A stretch of DNA of 64,000 nucleotides from Bigelowiella natans CCMP2755 (Eukaryota > Protista > Cercozoa): positions 1 through 64,000 of the forward strand of contig ADNK01001114.1 in NCBI GenBank assembly GCA_000320545.1. Reading direction: 5' to 3'. Under the pieces are notes generated by a model. The model saw nothing but the letters and a program-made list of their open reading frames with translations, was not told the origin of the DNA and did not search any database. Shown piece by piece: positions 12,284-25,834 of the stretch. Position numbers and translations under genes: made by a program. Every line of letters begins with the position of its first letter. Position 1 is the stretch's first letter.

Positions 12284-15200
12284 ATGCTCGGCGGCATCAC
12301 GTACAAGAAGAAGAAGAAAAAGGAAGAGGAAGCAGGCGATGGAGGCAACCAAGGCGATAGAAAGGGCAACCCTGCGCGGGAGTCATGGATGGTATCGTTA
12401 CTACACCCTATCATCAAACGCTAACTACTTATCGGAAAGAACTGACTGACGCACTTGTTTTATCAGACTACCCCTATGCAGTCAAACTCCCTGATTGTTC
12501 AACGGAAGAAAAAAGAAGCTGAGGAGGCAGCCCGTGCGGAGGCAGAGGCAAAGGCAAAGAAAGACGCAGAAAACAAGGCGATTAAGGATCGACACAAAAC
12601 AAAAAGCTCCGGCATTGCTCTCGTCGGGGACGGCGGGAATGCGTGGAAACGCCGAGCGTTGCAGCGCATGAGGGAGCGCGCAAAAGAAGAAGGCCGTGCA
12701 GAAGACGAGGTCGTCAAGGAAGTTTGGGGTTCTAAAGAGAAACTCTTCGGACTGAACGCTAAGATGAAGAAGCCCAGAGGCGATAGTCTCGGCAGCTGGA
12801 GGAGAGACAGCCGACGACGGAGGGATGATGACGACCGAGGATCATATCGCTATCGAAGAGATAGAGATCGTGATGATAGGAGAGGGCAACGACATGGTAG
12901 GGATCGGGAGAGCAGACGCAGAGAAGGGCGCGGAGACGAAAAGCCCGAGGAGGAAGAGCGTGGCTTTGGGTATGCAAGGAAGAATAGGGAGGCATATAGA
13001 CGGGATTCTGAAAGTAGGGGCAAGAAAAATAGTATAGAGGACCGGCGCCAGTCTCGCAGGAATGATGAGGATAAAGGTGGAAAAGACTGGGCTGGGCGCG
13101 ATGTAGGCCGAAGAGAGGGACAAGATGATAAAGAAAAACAGCGAAAGCGCGAGATTGAGGACGCACAGGCTCTGTTACAGAGAGCTCAGGAACACGCCGC
13201 ACGGAACAAAATGGAATCCGACGCCGCGAGTGAGCGCAGGGCGTTCCTGTACGGGAGTAGTGGAGGTGGTAAAGGGGGAGATGCCGAGAAAGCACAAGCA
13301 GCTGAGAGCAGCAACAATACAGCAATGAAAGTCGAGGGGACTAAAGAGGAGCTGGTGGCCAAAGCGAATAAGCTCGCCGCTAAGGCAATGCGCGCCAAAC
13401 TGAAACGCAAGATGGACAAGTATAATATGCTGATGGAGCAGGCCGAGGCTCTGCGTGAGCAAGCAGCTCAGGTTGCAGCTGGTGGTGGTGGAGGAGGAGG
13501 AGGTAGAAGAAGAGAAGAGGAGACCGTTGCCCTGAGCCAATTCGACCTGCAAGGCCGTATGATAGAGCTGGGTGCAGGGGGTGCGAAAGGGAAAGCCAAC
13601 AAGGGCGGCTGGCAGGACGGAGCACCTCCTAAGAAGAAGCGCAAGCCTGAGAACAAGGTGATGGTAGTGTCGGATAGAAGAAGGGGAATTTTTATGTATC
13701 AGCTAATGGATACTATTGCTCTCTGCAGTTCATAATAATATTTTGTTCGTCGAGAATGTACGATTTACTTGCTCCATTCGCTCTACTCACGCAGATTGGC
13801 ACTGATGGCAAGCGGGACGGCTATTTCGACGCTGATTTGGAGAAAACCGACCTCAAGACGTTGGTGCAGCAGGTTGTGATACTTCGAAGATGATGATAAA
13901 ACCATATCGATCAAATCTTGAAAATAAAAACATGATGTGTGTTTAAAATTTGTGCGGGGAATGAGACGGGGGTTTTGAATTTTGAAGAATTAACCCAATA
14001 TTTCTCACGCCGACCGTTTGTTTTCTCGACTTCTTTCCCCCATTCATTTTGTCTGTTTTTGTTTATTTTATACTCTACTTCCTGGCGACAGCTCACTACT
14101 CACTCGCTCACATGCTCACTGACTCACCCACTCACTCACTCATTCACACTAGGAACGAATGGGAACTGCAAACGATTTCAATGCCAACTGGGCTAAGCAT
14201 GTTATGAGACAAGGCGCCAAGTTTGAGACGGGAGATACGGACGAGCAGTTCGACATGGCCGACGTGTCGATGCAAGCCTACGAATCCTCGCAGAACAAAG
14301 CGAGGAAGGGCAAGGTCTACCTCCATTCCATATTGTCTGTTGTCTTTTCTCTCCTTTGAAAGCCATTACTGACATCTCTTAATGTTTTCTGCTTCTTCGT
14401 GGGGGGGGGGGTAGTGAAACCTAACTAATACTGTGCGTATGGGGGCCATACTAACACCTAGCAACGGGACGAGATACTGCGCAAGAAGGCTGTTTCAGCT
14501 CACAACCGTATGGAGAAGATCCTCGCAAAGTCATATTTCTATCCCCTATCTTTATGAAACTTTATATGCAAAAGTGCCTCATTTAATATTCTCCCCTCCC
14601 TTCACACGCTTCTCTCCTATCGCAGTTGTTACTACTGCATGGACTCTCCAAAGCATCTTGGGCATTTGGTTGTCAGCGTCGGAGTCAAGTGCTATCTGGC
14701 AATACCGTCGATTCATCACGTCACCAACGGGCATTGCTTGATCATCCCCAGAGAGCACATCATTGCGACCACTCAGGCCGACGAGGACGTGCAGGAGGAG
14801 ATCATGTACTTCCGCAAGTTCTTGGTGAAGATGTTTGCGGCGCAGAAGCAAGGATGTGTATTCCAGGAAATAGTGATAAATCTGGAGAAGCAGGTTAGCA
14901 ACGATATTTTAAGGAGGTGATGAATGGTGGATAATAGAATATGCGATGGTGTTAAGAGTGTGGTGGAGGGAAGCGAGGATGTCTGTGTATTCGCAGCAAC
15001 TTCCATATGACGTCATTGCCATTATTGCAGAGACATACTGTGATCGACTGCGTTCCGATGCCAAAGGATCTCTTCTTGGACGCTCCAATTTTCTTCAAAA
15101 AGGCCATATTAGAATCAGGTAACCATGTGCACGCGTAAAACTGGATTGAATAAATTCTTGCCGCTCGATGTGCAGCACACCGCCCGTTTCACCGAATTTT

Positions 15201-15823
15201 CTTTGCAGATGAACAATGGTCTGTGAACAAGAAATTAGTGGATACGAGAGAAAAGGTGAAGGAATAGTTTCAGGGATTAGTTTTTAGTGAAACAAAAGTG
15301 AGTGATATCCAGGTTGTTTTCTACGCATCTGTATCGGCAGAAACCCTTTAATTTTGGGCTGAGTTCGATCTTTTGAAGTTATCACGTTTCACACTTACAC
15401 GACAAACTACGTTGATTTTTTCACACATTAACTGATTATACAGGGATTATGGAGATCTATCCCGAAGAATTTCCCTTTTTTTTCGGTCGAATTTGGAACA
15501 GGAGGCGGCTTCGCACATGGTAGACCTGACTAATTTCGTACTGCCTGTATTGTTCATTAGAGTAAATGTTGTTGGATGAATTCTCAGTAATCGAGGATAG
15601 AGACACATTCAACCCGGCGTGGGGGAAATCTGTGCTGTGTGGAATGCTGGGGGAGCCAGCACAAGTTGTGCTCAGAGCTAAGAGAGCCCCACTACATGTT
15701 GAAAGATCGAGGGTAGAGCAGTTCAAGAAGATGTGGCATCGTTTTGATTGGACGCGCAGATTAAAAGGAGGCGATCTTCATGCAAAGTTTCAGCAGAAAT
15801 CGAAGTCCGCGACAGCAACATGA
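12284..15823 (+). CDS. CWF19L2: CWF19-like protein 2 (spliceosome-associated, CwfJ C-terminal domains), multi-exon
   Basis: RESWM|TTP; VGDGGNAWKRRALQRMRERA; CYYC...HLVVSVGVKCYLAIP...GHCLIIPREH; EEIMYFRKFLVKMF; HTVIDCVPMP; APIFFKKAILES; DEQWSVNKKLVDT; IPKNFPFFSVEFGTGGGFAH; FKKMWHRFDWTRRL. Introns are phase-consistent. Confidence 0.93.
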
Positions 15824-15899
15824 AATCGTCTGCTGTCAAGGGCTGACAAATTCAGCATCACATCGATCGCACTCTGACCTACATGTAAACATCAACATT

Positions 15900-16500
15900 T
15901 GTCTGATAAGTCGTTCTAGCAGATAGCAAAATAGCATGCGGGAGGAGATGCCTTTGCGGAGGTCCCAATGCTTTCGCAAGCTCCTTGCCCTACCGCCCCG
16001 TCTTGCATGCCATCGAAGGCATTTTTAAATGTTTCGCAAAGAGTTGTCAAACTTGCGCTGCTCAAAAACTTTCGTCGCTGGGTGTTCAAAACCCCAAATT
16101 CTCGTTGCGATGCTAGCGATGGCCGATCGAAAATTGAGAAACAGATGACAATGAACATGCACAACGTTCGACTCACAGCCTTTATGTGTTCTGCACGTGC
16201 TAGCTATATAGCGTGGTGCATCGTGAACTGCGTGTGTCCACACACCTAGCTAGGCATGGGCTCGATCGTCTGTGGAAACTCAACAGCACATCCATTGCTA
16301 GGATGCCAAAATGTTTTGTTTGTGACGGCGCAGCGCCTCTCAGCATTCTTACTTTGCGCTGAACTCTTTGTTATTTTGCACACGTACAACAAGCGTGATT
16401 GCATACATAGCTATATACATGCGTGTTGTACAATTGCAATGCAACTTGTTGTCAACTGAACTATGAAGATCCAATGTAGATTGCTGTAGCTAATATGCAG
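15900..16500. other. Convergent spacer rich in TGCA/CATG/CTAG/AGCT
   Basis: Repeated gcatgc, atgcat, gctagc, tagcta and tgca between the 3' ends of CWF19L2 and the lipase. Confidence 0.55.
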
Positions 16501-16521
16501 CCCTGTTGTTTTCTCGTCGCA

Positions 16522-18315
16522 TCAGATTGTTTCGTCCAGACTCTTGGAATCTTCAGTCTTCAACTGTCGGCATTTAGCTTCCTTCTTGAGCGACTCTATG
16601 CAACGTTCCACCGCTCTCTCAATAGCTAGGCGTAACTTCAACATTGGCAACTTTTTCCAAGTTATTCGACTTCCAACTTGGCAGTACCTTTTCAAATCTG
16701 CTCCTGGGTCCGAGATCAGTTTAAAATAATCCATTGCCCGAATCGGCGGGACCAGCGTGATGTCGCCGTCAAAGTTCTGCAGGAACAGTGACGTGGCCCC
16801 GATGTTGTCCTCGTTCACCAATCCCAACCGATCAAGGATTAGAAGATTCTTCTTCATGTCAATTTTGAGCATCATTTCAAATGCGGAGAGCAAAAAGCCC
16901 CCTCGCCAACCACCGGTACGCCTCCTCCAGCGAGAGGGAGCTCCCGCCTCTCCCTGACCTCGAAAGTGAAACGGGACCATATGCGGATTGACCTGACTTA
17001 CAATAGAGAAGCGAATATTGTACAATTCAGACATCTCTCGGATGGGTACATCGCGCTGGAAGCACCCGTCGACGAATTGCTCTACCGATTTAGCATGCCG
17101 CGGCACTACTTTGCCATCTGCTCTCTTCACCAACAGCTGCTGTGGCTTTACGAATATCGACATGGCAGCCGAAGCTATTACTGCGCTGAAAATGACTACG
17201 TTCGGTGTTGTGTCGTGATTCAGCATAACGGGTTGGCCATGCTCGCCAGCCTCAGAGACGTTAATGTTAATGACCCGGCCGGTGCGCTCAAAGGCCTCCT
17301 GAAAGGTCGTGTCTCCCTGGGTGAACCATTTAATTTTTTCCACCCACTGCTTTCGTGAAAACAGCGACCCACTTTTGTACAATCGACTCAGGCATGTGAA
17401 CGCGTCCTCGTCAAAGCAGGTAAGTCGCTGAACGAGCTCGCCAGTGTTGAGGATCGACTTCAGTTCCTCATCGGTGCGCGTACCAAGCAACGAGACGACA
17501 ACCGCACCAGCGGAGGTACCCGAAAGATACTCTGGAAAGCAGTCTTGTTTAAGTAGAGCATCTATAATGCCCCAGTGGTAGTTCCCGTTTGATGCACCCC
17601 CGCTCAGGAACAAGCCTGTCTTCCCGTACGATTTCTGCACTCGGGTCATAAACTTGATGGTGTGGCCCAGCATTTCTGAGGATAGCTTTGGGCTGTGATC
17701 GCCTAGCCATTGCATTGATTTTTCTACTTCTTCCACAAAAGCATGAACAGCATCCTTGGTGCGGCCCGTGTGGGAAACCGAGTACAGCTTCTCCTTCCAT
17801 ATTCCTCCAAGGTTCTTGCGAGTGCACTGACTAAAGACTTGCAAAATTTTCTCCGGCTCCCCTTTTGTCCTGTGGAAACGCATTTGCTGCGCTAGACTCT
17901 GAATCAGCGACCAATTGTACCTGGAGTCTGAAGATGAATCACGGAGCCACTTATCCAGCCCTTTGAGGCGATCCAGGCGATGGGCTACCTTCAGCCAGTC
18001 TTCATAGATCGTTGATTTCTGCATCTGCTTACGCAGATTTTGCGCCTTAGATGTGTAGAAGAAGGCCTCGAACCCATGGACCAATAGTCGTATCAGAACA
18101 TATGCGCCGAGCTCGGCGAAGATGAGGCTCATGATTATGACAACCAAAGGCCATTTTACTACATTACGTGTTCCGAACTGTGCAAGCGCTAATGAGGACA
18201 GAAGCACAAAGACAAGAAGGGCAAGATGGTAATGAAACGCCAGTTGCCCTACTGCGACTAATATTGTTAGGAACGAAGCCCAGATCAGCCGAATCAAATC
18301 CCACGACGAATCCAT
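16522..18315 (-). CDS. Patatin-like triacylglycerol lipase (SDP1/TGL family), intronless, with N-terminal transmembrane segments
   Basis: 597-aa ORF with a glycine-rich loop (LSGGASNGNYHWG), the GTSAG nucleophile motif, FVDG acid motif, FSIVSQVNPH, and a DUF3336-like segment (YEDWLKVAHRLDRLKGLDKW). Confidence 0.92.
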   Translation of the reverse strand: MDSSWDLIRLIWASFLTILVAVGQLAFHYHLALLVFVLLSSLALAQFGTRNVVKWPLVVIIMSLIFAELGAYVLIRLLVHGFEAFFYTSKAQNLRKQMQKSTIYEDWLKVAHRLDRLKGLDKWLRDSSSDSRYNWSLIQSLAQQMRFHRTKGEPEKILQVFSQCTRKNLGGIWKEKLYSVSHTGRTKDAVHAFVEEVEKSMQWLGDHSPKLSSEMLGHTIKFMTRVQKSYGKTGLFLSGGASNGNYHWGIIDALLKQDCFPEYLSGTSAGAVVVSLLGTRTDEELKSILNTGELVQRLTCFDEDAFTCLSRLYKSGSLFSRKQWVEKIKWFTQGDTTFQEAFERTGRVININVSEAGEHGQPVMLNHDTTPNVVIFSAVIASAAMSIFVKPQQLLVKRADGKVVPRHAKSVEQFVDGCFQRDVPIREMSELYNIRFSIVSQVNPHMVPFHFRGQGEAGAPSRWRRRTGGWRGGFLLSAFEMMLKIDMKKNLLILDRLGLVNEDNIGATSLFLQNFDGDITLVPPIRAMDYFKLISDPGADLKRYCQVGSRITWKKLPMLKLRLAIERAVERCIESLKKEAKCRQLKTEDSKSLDETI

Positions 18316-19462
18316 CCCTGCAAAATCGTTGTGCAGTTAGATAAACACCTGATCTCCAGAGCAAATTGGAATTAAAAAAGTAGATAGCGAGTGAGAGAAA
18401 ATCATGCGCGGGTCTTCCCATCGTACCAAGTGCCACGTGGTAGCAGTCTCTTCTCTTCCCCCAGACCGGAGCGGGAGGCAAAGAGGGTAGCACCGGGCGG
18501 AAATGCGCTGATTGGAAGCTAATCCACGAAAAAGAGCATGTCGCAAGTTTAAATTGCATGCGGTTTACGGTCGATATTCGAGAAGCTGGATCACGGGGAA
18601 ATAGACGTGGATACCCACAAAAGCCAGACAGCCATCGTCACTTTTTCTCATTCATAGTCTTGTCCTTTGGCATGTTTTCCGGGCCGCAATAATTCTGAAC
18701 TGCGATTAATCTAGATCTACACGGTGGTTTCCGTTCCGCAGCGCAGCGCTACTAGATCTACGACAAGTCATCAAGTCAATCAGGGCGTGTGCTTTCGTAG
18801 GAAGAATGATCCGAGAAGGTTTCTTTAGAACTCGCTGGTCGCCCGAGCCTTTTTTTGCAGCCCCGCGACCGAAACATGAGAATTCCCTCGCTAAACGCAA
18901 GACGCAGCATGAAGATCTCGGGGAATTTCCTTCTCGGCAAAAATGAACAAATGACTACCCAAGCTTCGAGCTTCGAACACCCCGAACGCCGGATGTCCTG
19001 GAGTTCCGGTATTTTTAATATTTGACGAAAAATTGCCTGGATTTTAGGATGTTTCGCTTTCTGGAAAGGCGCGTGGATCAGAGCTAAATGCGGCAGTTCG
19101 CCCCATTGCAGTCACAAGGGACGGAGAAAGTGAAGAGCCAGTCCCCTTTCTTCGTTCAGTGAAAATAGGTTTTAGATTGAGAGAATCTCGGGGTGGAGGA
19201 GATGCAGTCAGGTATCGCAGATAGATGCAACTCCGCGCAAATTGGGGTTGAGGGTGGCGCGGCCGGTGAGCTGGGGATTCCCACAGATAAAAAAAAAATC
19301 GACAACACATAAAAGAAGATGTGTCGTATTTGTTCACGCTTGCATGTAGCATGTTTCTTTACGGATAGTTGCGGTTTGGGGTGACAATTTTGGCGGACAT
19401 TTAGTGGAGTGGTGCTGTGCGAAACCCCGCTCCAACAACACACCTTTTGTTATTTTGTAGCA

Positions 19463-22400
19463 ATGGATGTAGTGGCGCCCACACCTAAGGAAACCATGGA
19501 AACAAAAACGGTCGATATGGAAGGGGGAAAGAAGGACCAATGGAAATATCCTGTTGTCACAACCGGCAGCGACAAACCGAGTAATATCACCTCGGAGGAG
19601 ACAACCATAACTCAAACAGAGGAGGAAAAATCTGTACATACGGTTTCTGGCAACCCCGCTGAGAAATCTTCTCATGATGGCGGCGATAAAGCTATGCATA
19701 AGGATGAGGCCTTGGCGGCAAAAAATAGCAAGCTCGACGACTCCATGAAGAGAAGCTTCACCCAAGATGTGGCCGATGCCATGGCAGAGAAGCAGGAGGC
19801 CTCTCCTCAACATGAACATGAACGCGAAGTGGGAGACGGGACGCAGTTTGGACGATATCTGATCAAGAAAATTTTGTGTCAAAAAACGGATGGTTGGACT
19901 TATCTTGCTACTAGGAAGACATCAGATAATAAGGAGATCAGGTAAAGAAGGGGTGGGATGGGGAGGAAGGAGCCACGGATAGTGCACAAAATACAGGGTT
20001 TGAAAAAAGGGGGAGAAAGATATAGGGAAGGAGTGAGAGACACACACAGAGAGAGAACAGGAGAATGAAATAAGTGTTTACCAATCTAAAACGCTCCAAT
20101 GCTAAAATGCTACAGCGTCGCCTTAAAACTTCAAAGGAAATTCAAGGAGAAGGACGTGCTGAAGTAAGTCTAACACAAAAACCAAATTTCACATGTTGTC
20201 AAATGCAAAAACTTTTCAAAAGCCTGATTCTCATTATGTTACAGATCCTTGCGGGCAGAAAGGAAGGCGTTAGAAACTCTCAAGTATTGCCCATTCGTCG
20301 CGAAATTTTACGATCTGACACTGGAGAGAGTCGCGGACAGAGAGGGACAGCAACGTGTGGCTGCCATGGCTCTTGAGTACTGCCCTCATGGAGCTTTCTT
20401 CGACTACCTCAAACACGTGCGATTCAGCCAAAATCTTGTCCGTGCGTATTGGAGGCAGTTGTGCGAGGCGCTCAAGGCTCTGCACCGCCACCAGATCATC
20501 CACAGAAACATCACCGTATCGGAAATAGAGATAGGTAGCGACTTCAATCTTAAGCTGAGCGGGTTTGAGATGTGCGCCTTCGGCACAAAGGCATGCGGGG
20601 TCGTCGGTACGCGCATGTACATGGCTCCTGAGATGAAGTTATACGACACGACGAAGAGGCCCTACAATTCGAAGGTGGACATTTACAGCGCGGGCGCCGT
20701 GCTGTTCATTATGCTTTACGGCTGGAATCCGACCGACAGAATTCCCGCAGCAGAGCGCGCACTGACCAGGGGCGACAGACGCGGTTTCTGGAAAACGCAC
20801 CTCAAATGGATACTCCGAAAGCGGAAGCCTGAATTTCAAGAGCAGGGCGTGAACGAGATGATCCAGAGGCTGGCAGCGAGCCCGGAGGACGACTACCCCA
20901 TTGTTCTAAACGCCTCTGGGCATGAGCCATACGCCTGCTATGAGTCGGCCGATGTCACGGAATATCTCTCGCAGGTCTTGAGAAGCTCGACTGAGAGCAC
21001 ATTGATATCTGGCTTCAAGCTGCCCGAAATGGACCTCATCGATGGCGTGCTCCACGCGCAGCCAACCGAGCGGTGGAGTCTCCGGCAAATACTTCTCCAC
21101 CCGTTCAATACCGTTCATCTCTGCACCAATCCGCAGGTCTTCATCGATGAGATTCGAAGGAAGGGAGAGCAGGTGAAGGCAGAAGCAGAAAAGGCGAAGG
21201 CCGGCCATGACAACGATGAGAAGGGAGGAGGAGGAGGAGGAGGAGGAGGAGGAGGAGGAAAAGCAGAGTTTGGAGACTACCAACCAAAATTTGCTGGCCT
21301 CAAATCTTCGGCGTCTCCTGAAATAAAGGTGTCCACCACAACCACCACCACCAACAACAACAACCCTGTTGCTGCTGCTGCTGCTGACACTACTGTCACC
21401 AGCGCCACTACCGCAGCTGCTACATCATCGTCAGCACCATCTTCTTCACTAGGAAAACATGCCCTGGACAATGTCAACGGCAGCAGCTCTTACAGCAGAG
21501 GTCATAATGGTAGCTTGGAGCCTTCCCCGAAGAGAGCACGGCACCACGCCAATGATGGGATGATGGTCGAGGTCGGCCAGGCGGTCCAGCAGGAGGAAAA
21601 GCCAAGAATGGTGGGGAGAGGAGGAGGAGGAGGAGGAGGAGGAGGAGAGGGAAAAGGTGGTAGTGGTGGTAGTAATAATCGGGGAGGTGGAGGGCTTACC
21701 GGCGAGCATTGGGATAGATTCGATGGATCACGATACAACATCATCAAAAAGCTCTCTCACGACGCCGGTTCCATCACATATCTGGCCAAGTATCGGGCCA
21801 GAGACGCACAAGGTAGTAACTAGCAGTAAACGTGGTGCTAGTGCTGGTGCTGGTGCTGGCATCTATGGTGATGTGATGCTAGATGAGAGAACCAAAATGA
21901 TGGACATTTGGTACCATGACGAAATTCTATATATATTTATTTTTCAACCACATTCTGTGGCGACATATTCGCCTTCAACCGGTCTATCCCCCTCTCTCCA
22001 TCTATCTACCCATATCCCCCCCCTCTCGCTCTCCCCCTCCCCTCACCACATTGGGAAACTACTCTCGACAGGTATTGAGCAGGACGACGTGGAGGTTGCC
22101 CTTAAGGTGCTGTGGCGCAACAGCGTCGAGGAGCAGCGCGAAGACCTGATGCGAGAGATCGAAGCGCTAAAATACCTCAAGGGCTGTTCCAACATCGTGG
22201 GACTCTTCGCATTGATTGAGGAGGTTGGCGTTGAGCGTACGGATGGGGCGAATTCTGTCGTCCCGGCTCTCGCGTTTGAGTACTGCCCCTACGGAGACCT
22301 GTTCTCGTACCTGCGTCTGGCACCACCATTCAGTGCTCGCCTCGTTCGGGTGTACTTCAGGCAGCTCTGCGACGGCCTCGAGGCCATGGAAAAGTGAGGA

Positions 22401-22904
22401 GGAAGAGTGTTGTTGTTGTTGTTGTTGTTATTGCTGTTGTCGTTCATGGTCGTCATCAATCGCCGTCGCCGTTCTACGTTGTACATCACTGCCCGGCCCT
22501 CCCTCTTGCGGATGCAATTAGTTGGGACGGCACGAACGTTGAGATAGAAGAAGAATAACAATAATAATAATGATAGTAGTAGTATGAATTATTATTAATA
22601 ATAATAATAATTCAAAGGTACGGGATCATCCACCGGAACATCAAGCTCGTTAACCTCCTGATCGGGCGAGACTGGAAGCTGAAGCTCAGTGCATTCGAGA
22701 TGTGCTCCATGGGGGGGAGCGCAAAGTGTAAGTGCGGGGCCGTAGGAGGCATGGCGCCTGAGGTCAGGAACTTCCCCATCACAAGGTATTATCATCATTA
22801 TTATTATTATTTTTCTTTTATTATTGCTGAAAACGGAGAGCATGACCAGACATGAGGGGAAAAGGGGGGAGGGGAAAAGAGAGCACCTGAAGCAACGATG
22901 GTGT

Positions 22905-22938
<34 letters not shown>

Positions 22939-23451
22939 GATGATGATGACGATGATGATGATGATGACATAAATTCAATTAATATTCACCTCCATACGGC
23001 AGCAGCAGCAACAAATGGTGCGGTGTGATAACACGTTTCTGGATTTTGACCCCCCCCCTCTCCCCCCTCTCCCCCCCCTCCCTTCCTCCGACTGCTCTCT
23101 ACGTGGGATCTGCTGCGTTGTTGTCACAGGGTTCCCTACAATTCAAAAGCCGACATATACAGCGCTGGTGCAGTGTTGTTCTGCATGGTTTTCGGATGGC
23201 ACCCAACCCAAGGCCTCCCTGGTGCGGACACGGCGATTCTCAGGGGCAATTTCACCGCCTTCTGGAACGTCCATTTGAGGTGGATCTTCTCACGGTCCCG
23301 GGGCAGGAGCCTGAAGCCTACGTTGAGAACATCCGTGCAAGTCTCTAGTGGTAGTCCAGAAGATAAAGAGCAACACTACGACAACAACAACGACGACGCG
23401 ACACCAGACAAAAAATAATGATGGGGCTATCTGTATTATCTCCTATGCATG

Positions 23452-23489
<38 letters not shown>

Positions 23490-23646
23490 GCAAGCACGGA
23501 CGCACATTAATAAATGTTCTGCTAATCGTGAAGTAGGAATGTCGCGGGTACGAGCAGCCTTAATGGAGGAAACCCAGAAAAGATCGTTCCCAATGGTGCT
23601 CGCAGCTGCTGGACTTAGCCTCTACTTCGCGTGCTACAATCAGCGG

Positions 23647-23688
<42 letters not shown>

Positions 23689-24138
23689 TATAATATTTCC
23701 ATGAACTAAAAATGTTATTCCCTCGTTCTCCTCCTCTTAGTGATGTGGAGGCGTTTATCAGCAAGTTGGCAAACATCGTCGAGAGCAGGGGCCCTCCCCC
23801 CCCTGCTCCTTCTCAAATGAAAGAGGTGGAGATCCTGAGCTTCCACCTAGCTGAGATGGAGCTCATCGATGGAATGCTGCATCCAAATCCGGCCGTACGC
23901 TGGAGCTTAGACCGTATCAAGTCCCACCCGTTCTTGAATAACCCGTTTGATGTCGGAGAGCACGCCGAAGCATGCATGGTAGTAGTAGTAGTAGTAGTAG
24001 TAGAAGTAGTGGTAGTAGCAGTAGCAGCAGCCTGAATAGTGTGGTGGGTGTGCTGTTGCTGGTGTTGATGGTTAGCAGTAGTAAAATTGCGGGGTAGGAG
24101 GGATGGATGTTAATGGGTGTTATGGATAATTGGCAGTC

Positions 24139-24177
<39 letters not shown>

Positions 24178-24664
24178 TGCACACACACACACACACACAC
24201 GCACATGCACACACACTCTTAAATTATGCAACACGCGCACGCCTAAACACGCCCGCACCGCCACCCCCCACTCCCCACTCCCACCCCCCGTGTTTTCACG
24301 ACGTCTTTTCTCCACACAAACGAGCAGCGGTCGGTCGTCGAGGAGCTCCAGGTGAAGCAGAGGATCTTAAGCGCTCGGGGGGAAGTGAAGAGGCATGATG
24401 GTGAGGCTGCTAAGCAGCCCAACAGCAGCACCAGCACCAGTAAGACGAAGGCAGCAGTCCCTGTCAGCAGCGCCGTGAAAGAAGACATCGGCCTCCCTCA
24501 AAAAGAGAAAGGCGAGCCGCAGAAGGAAGAAGCTGCTACAGCCGATCAGAGATCAGGACAGCAGCGACATTCATCTTCTTCTTCTTCTCCTCCTCCTTCT
24601 TCTTGGTCACCCACTCCTCGCATCAAAAGCGAGGGGAAAGCAGTAGCAGCAGCAGGAAATACGC

Positions 24665-24695
<31 letters not shown>

Positions 24696-25798
24696 AGCAC
24701 CAGCGGCAGCGGTGCGGGGAACGGCGACAGAAGATACGAGTCGAAGGATGGTGAAAGTTAAAGTGGAGGATACCACCGATAAGATGATGGTGGAAGTGGA
24801 AACAGGGAAAGAGGACAAAGGGGGAGCGGGAGAGGGGAAGGCGTTGTTGTCCTTATCTGCTGGGAACAATGGTAAGAAGGACGTCAAAAACGAAGGGAGA
24901 AAGGAGAAGGACGAAGAGGAGAAGGTGGCAACGGCAAGGGGCACGACAGCGGCGATGGAAGCGGATGATGGTGATGATGATGATAATGATGATAATGATG
25001 AGAAACGAGTAGTAGAACCCCCCTCCTCATTAGTGGTGGCAACAACCAGCAGTAGCAGCAGCAGCGTTATTTCTTGTGCTGCTGCTCCAGCGACTACGAC
25101 GACGACGACTACCGAAGAAGAAAAGACTGCCATAACCACCAAGGAAGAAGAGAAAAAGAGTGCAGCAGTCGTCAAGCGTGAGAAGCAGCAGCCCGTCTCT
25201 TCCTCTTCTTCCTCCTCCTCCTCCTCCTCCTCCTCCTCCTCCTCTCTTCCCAGATCGTCGTCGTCATCGATGTCGATATTGGAGAAGGAGGAGGGAATAG
25301 ACCTTAGCCACCGCCGCATTGAGAACCCGACAACTAAGGAGTCTTATCAGTACGTGAGCGATCTTGGAAGTGGTGCGTATGGCCACGTCATTAAGGCACG
25401 CGACTCCAACGGCATCATGAGGTAGTAGTGGGGGAGGGAAAGGACGATACGGGAGAGCATCGAGAGAGCATGGTGGCAGACCGCTTGCGGCGATGATAAC
25501 CAGTGATGTCGCCATTCGTCCATCTATTTTCATCGACGGGTGTTGTTGTATGGTCCGTGTTGTTTCGGTCTCTCTTTAGGGCGTTGAAGATCCAAAAGAG
25601 TCGCTGCGACAGCTACCACCACCACCACCACCACCACCTCTCCGGAGATAGGAAGGAGGAGAAGAGCGAAGGGTGAGGAGTGTTGTCGCTATCAATGCCT
25701 TGCCCTGCAGCCAGACAACGACTGTCTTTGCCCCTCCTCGCCATTCTCCCTTCTCCGTTGGTTGGGTGTATTCGTTTGCGTGGATCGTTGATTGTGCC

Positions 25799-25834
<36 letters not shown>

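Noticed and set aside
19334-19882. 182-aa minus-strand ORF
   Set aside because: Antisense to the first exon of the kinase gene.
24546-25319. 257-aa minus-strand ORF
   Set aside because: Antisense shadow of the low-complexity linker exon of the kinase gene.
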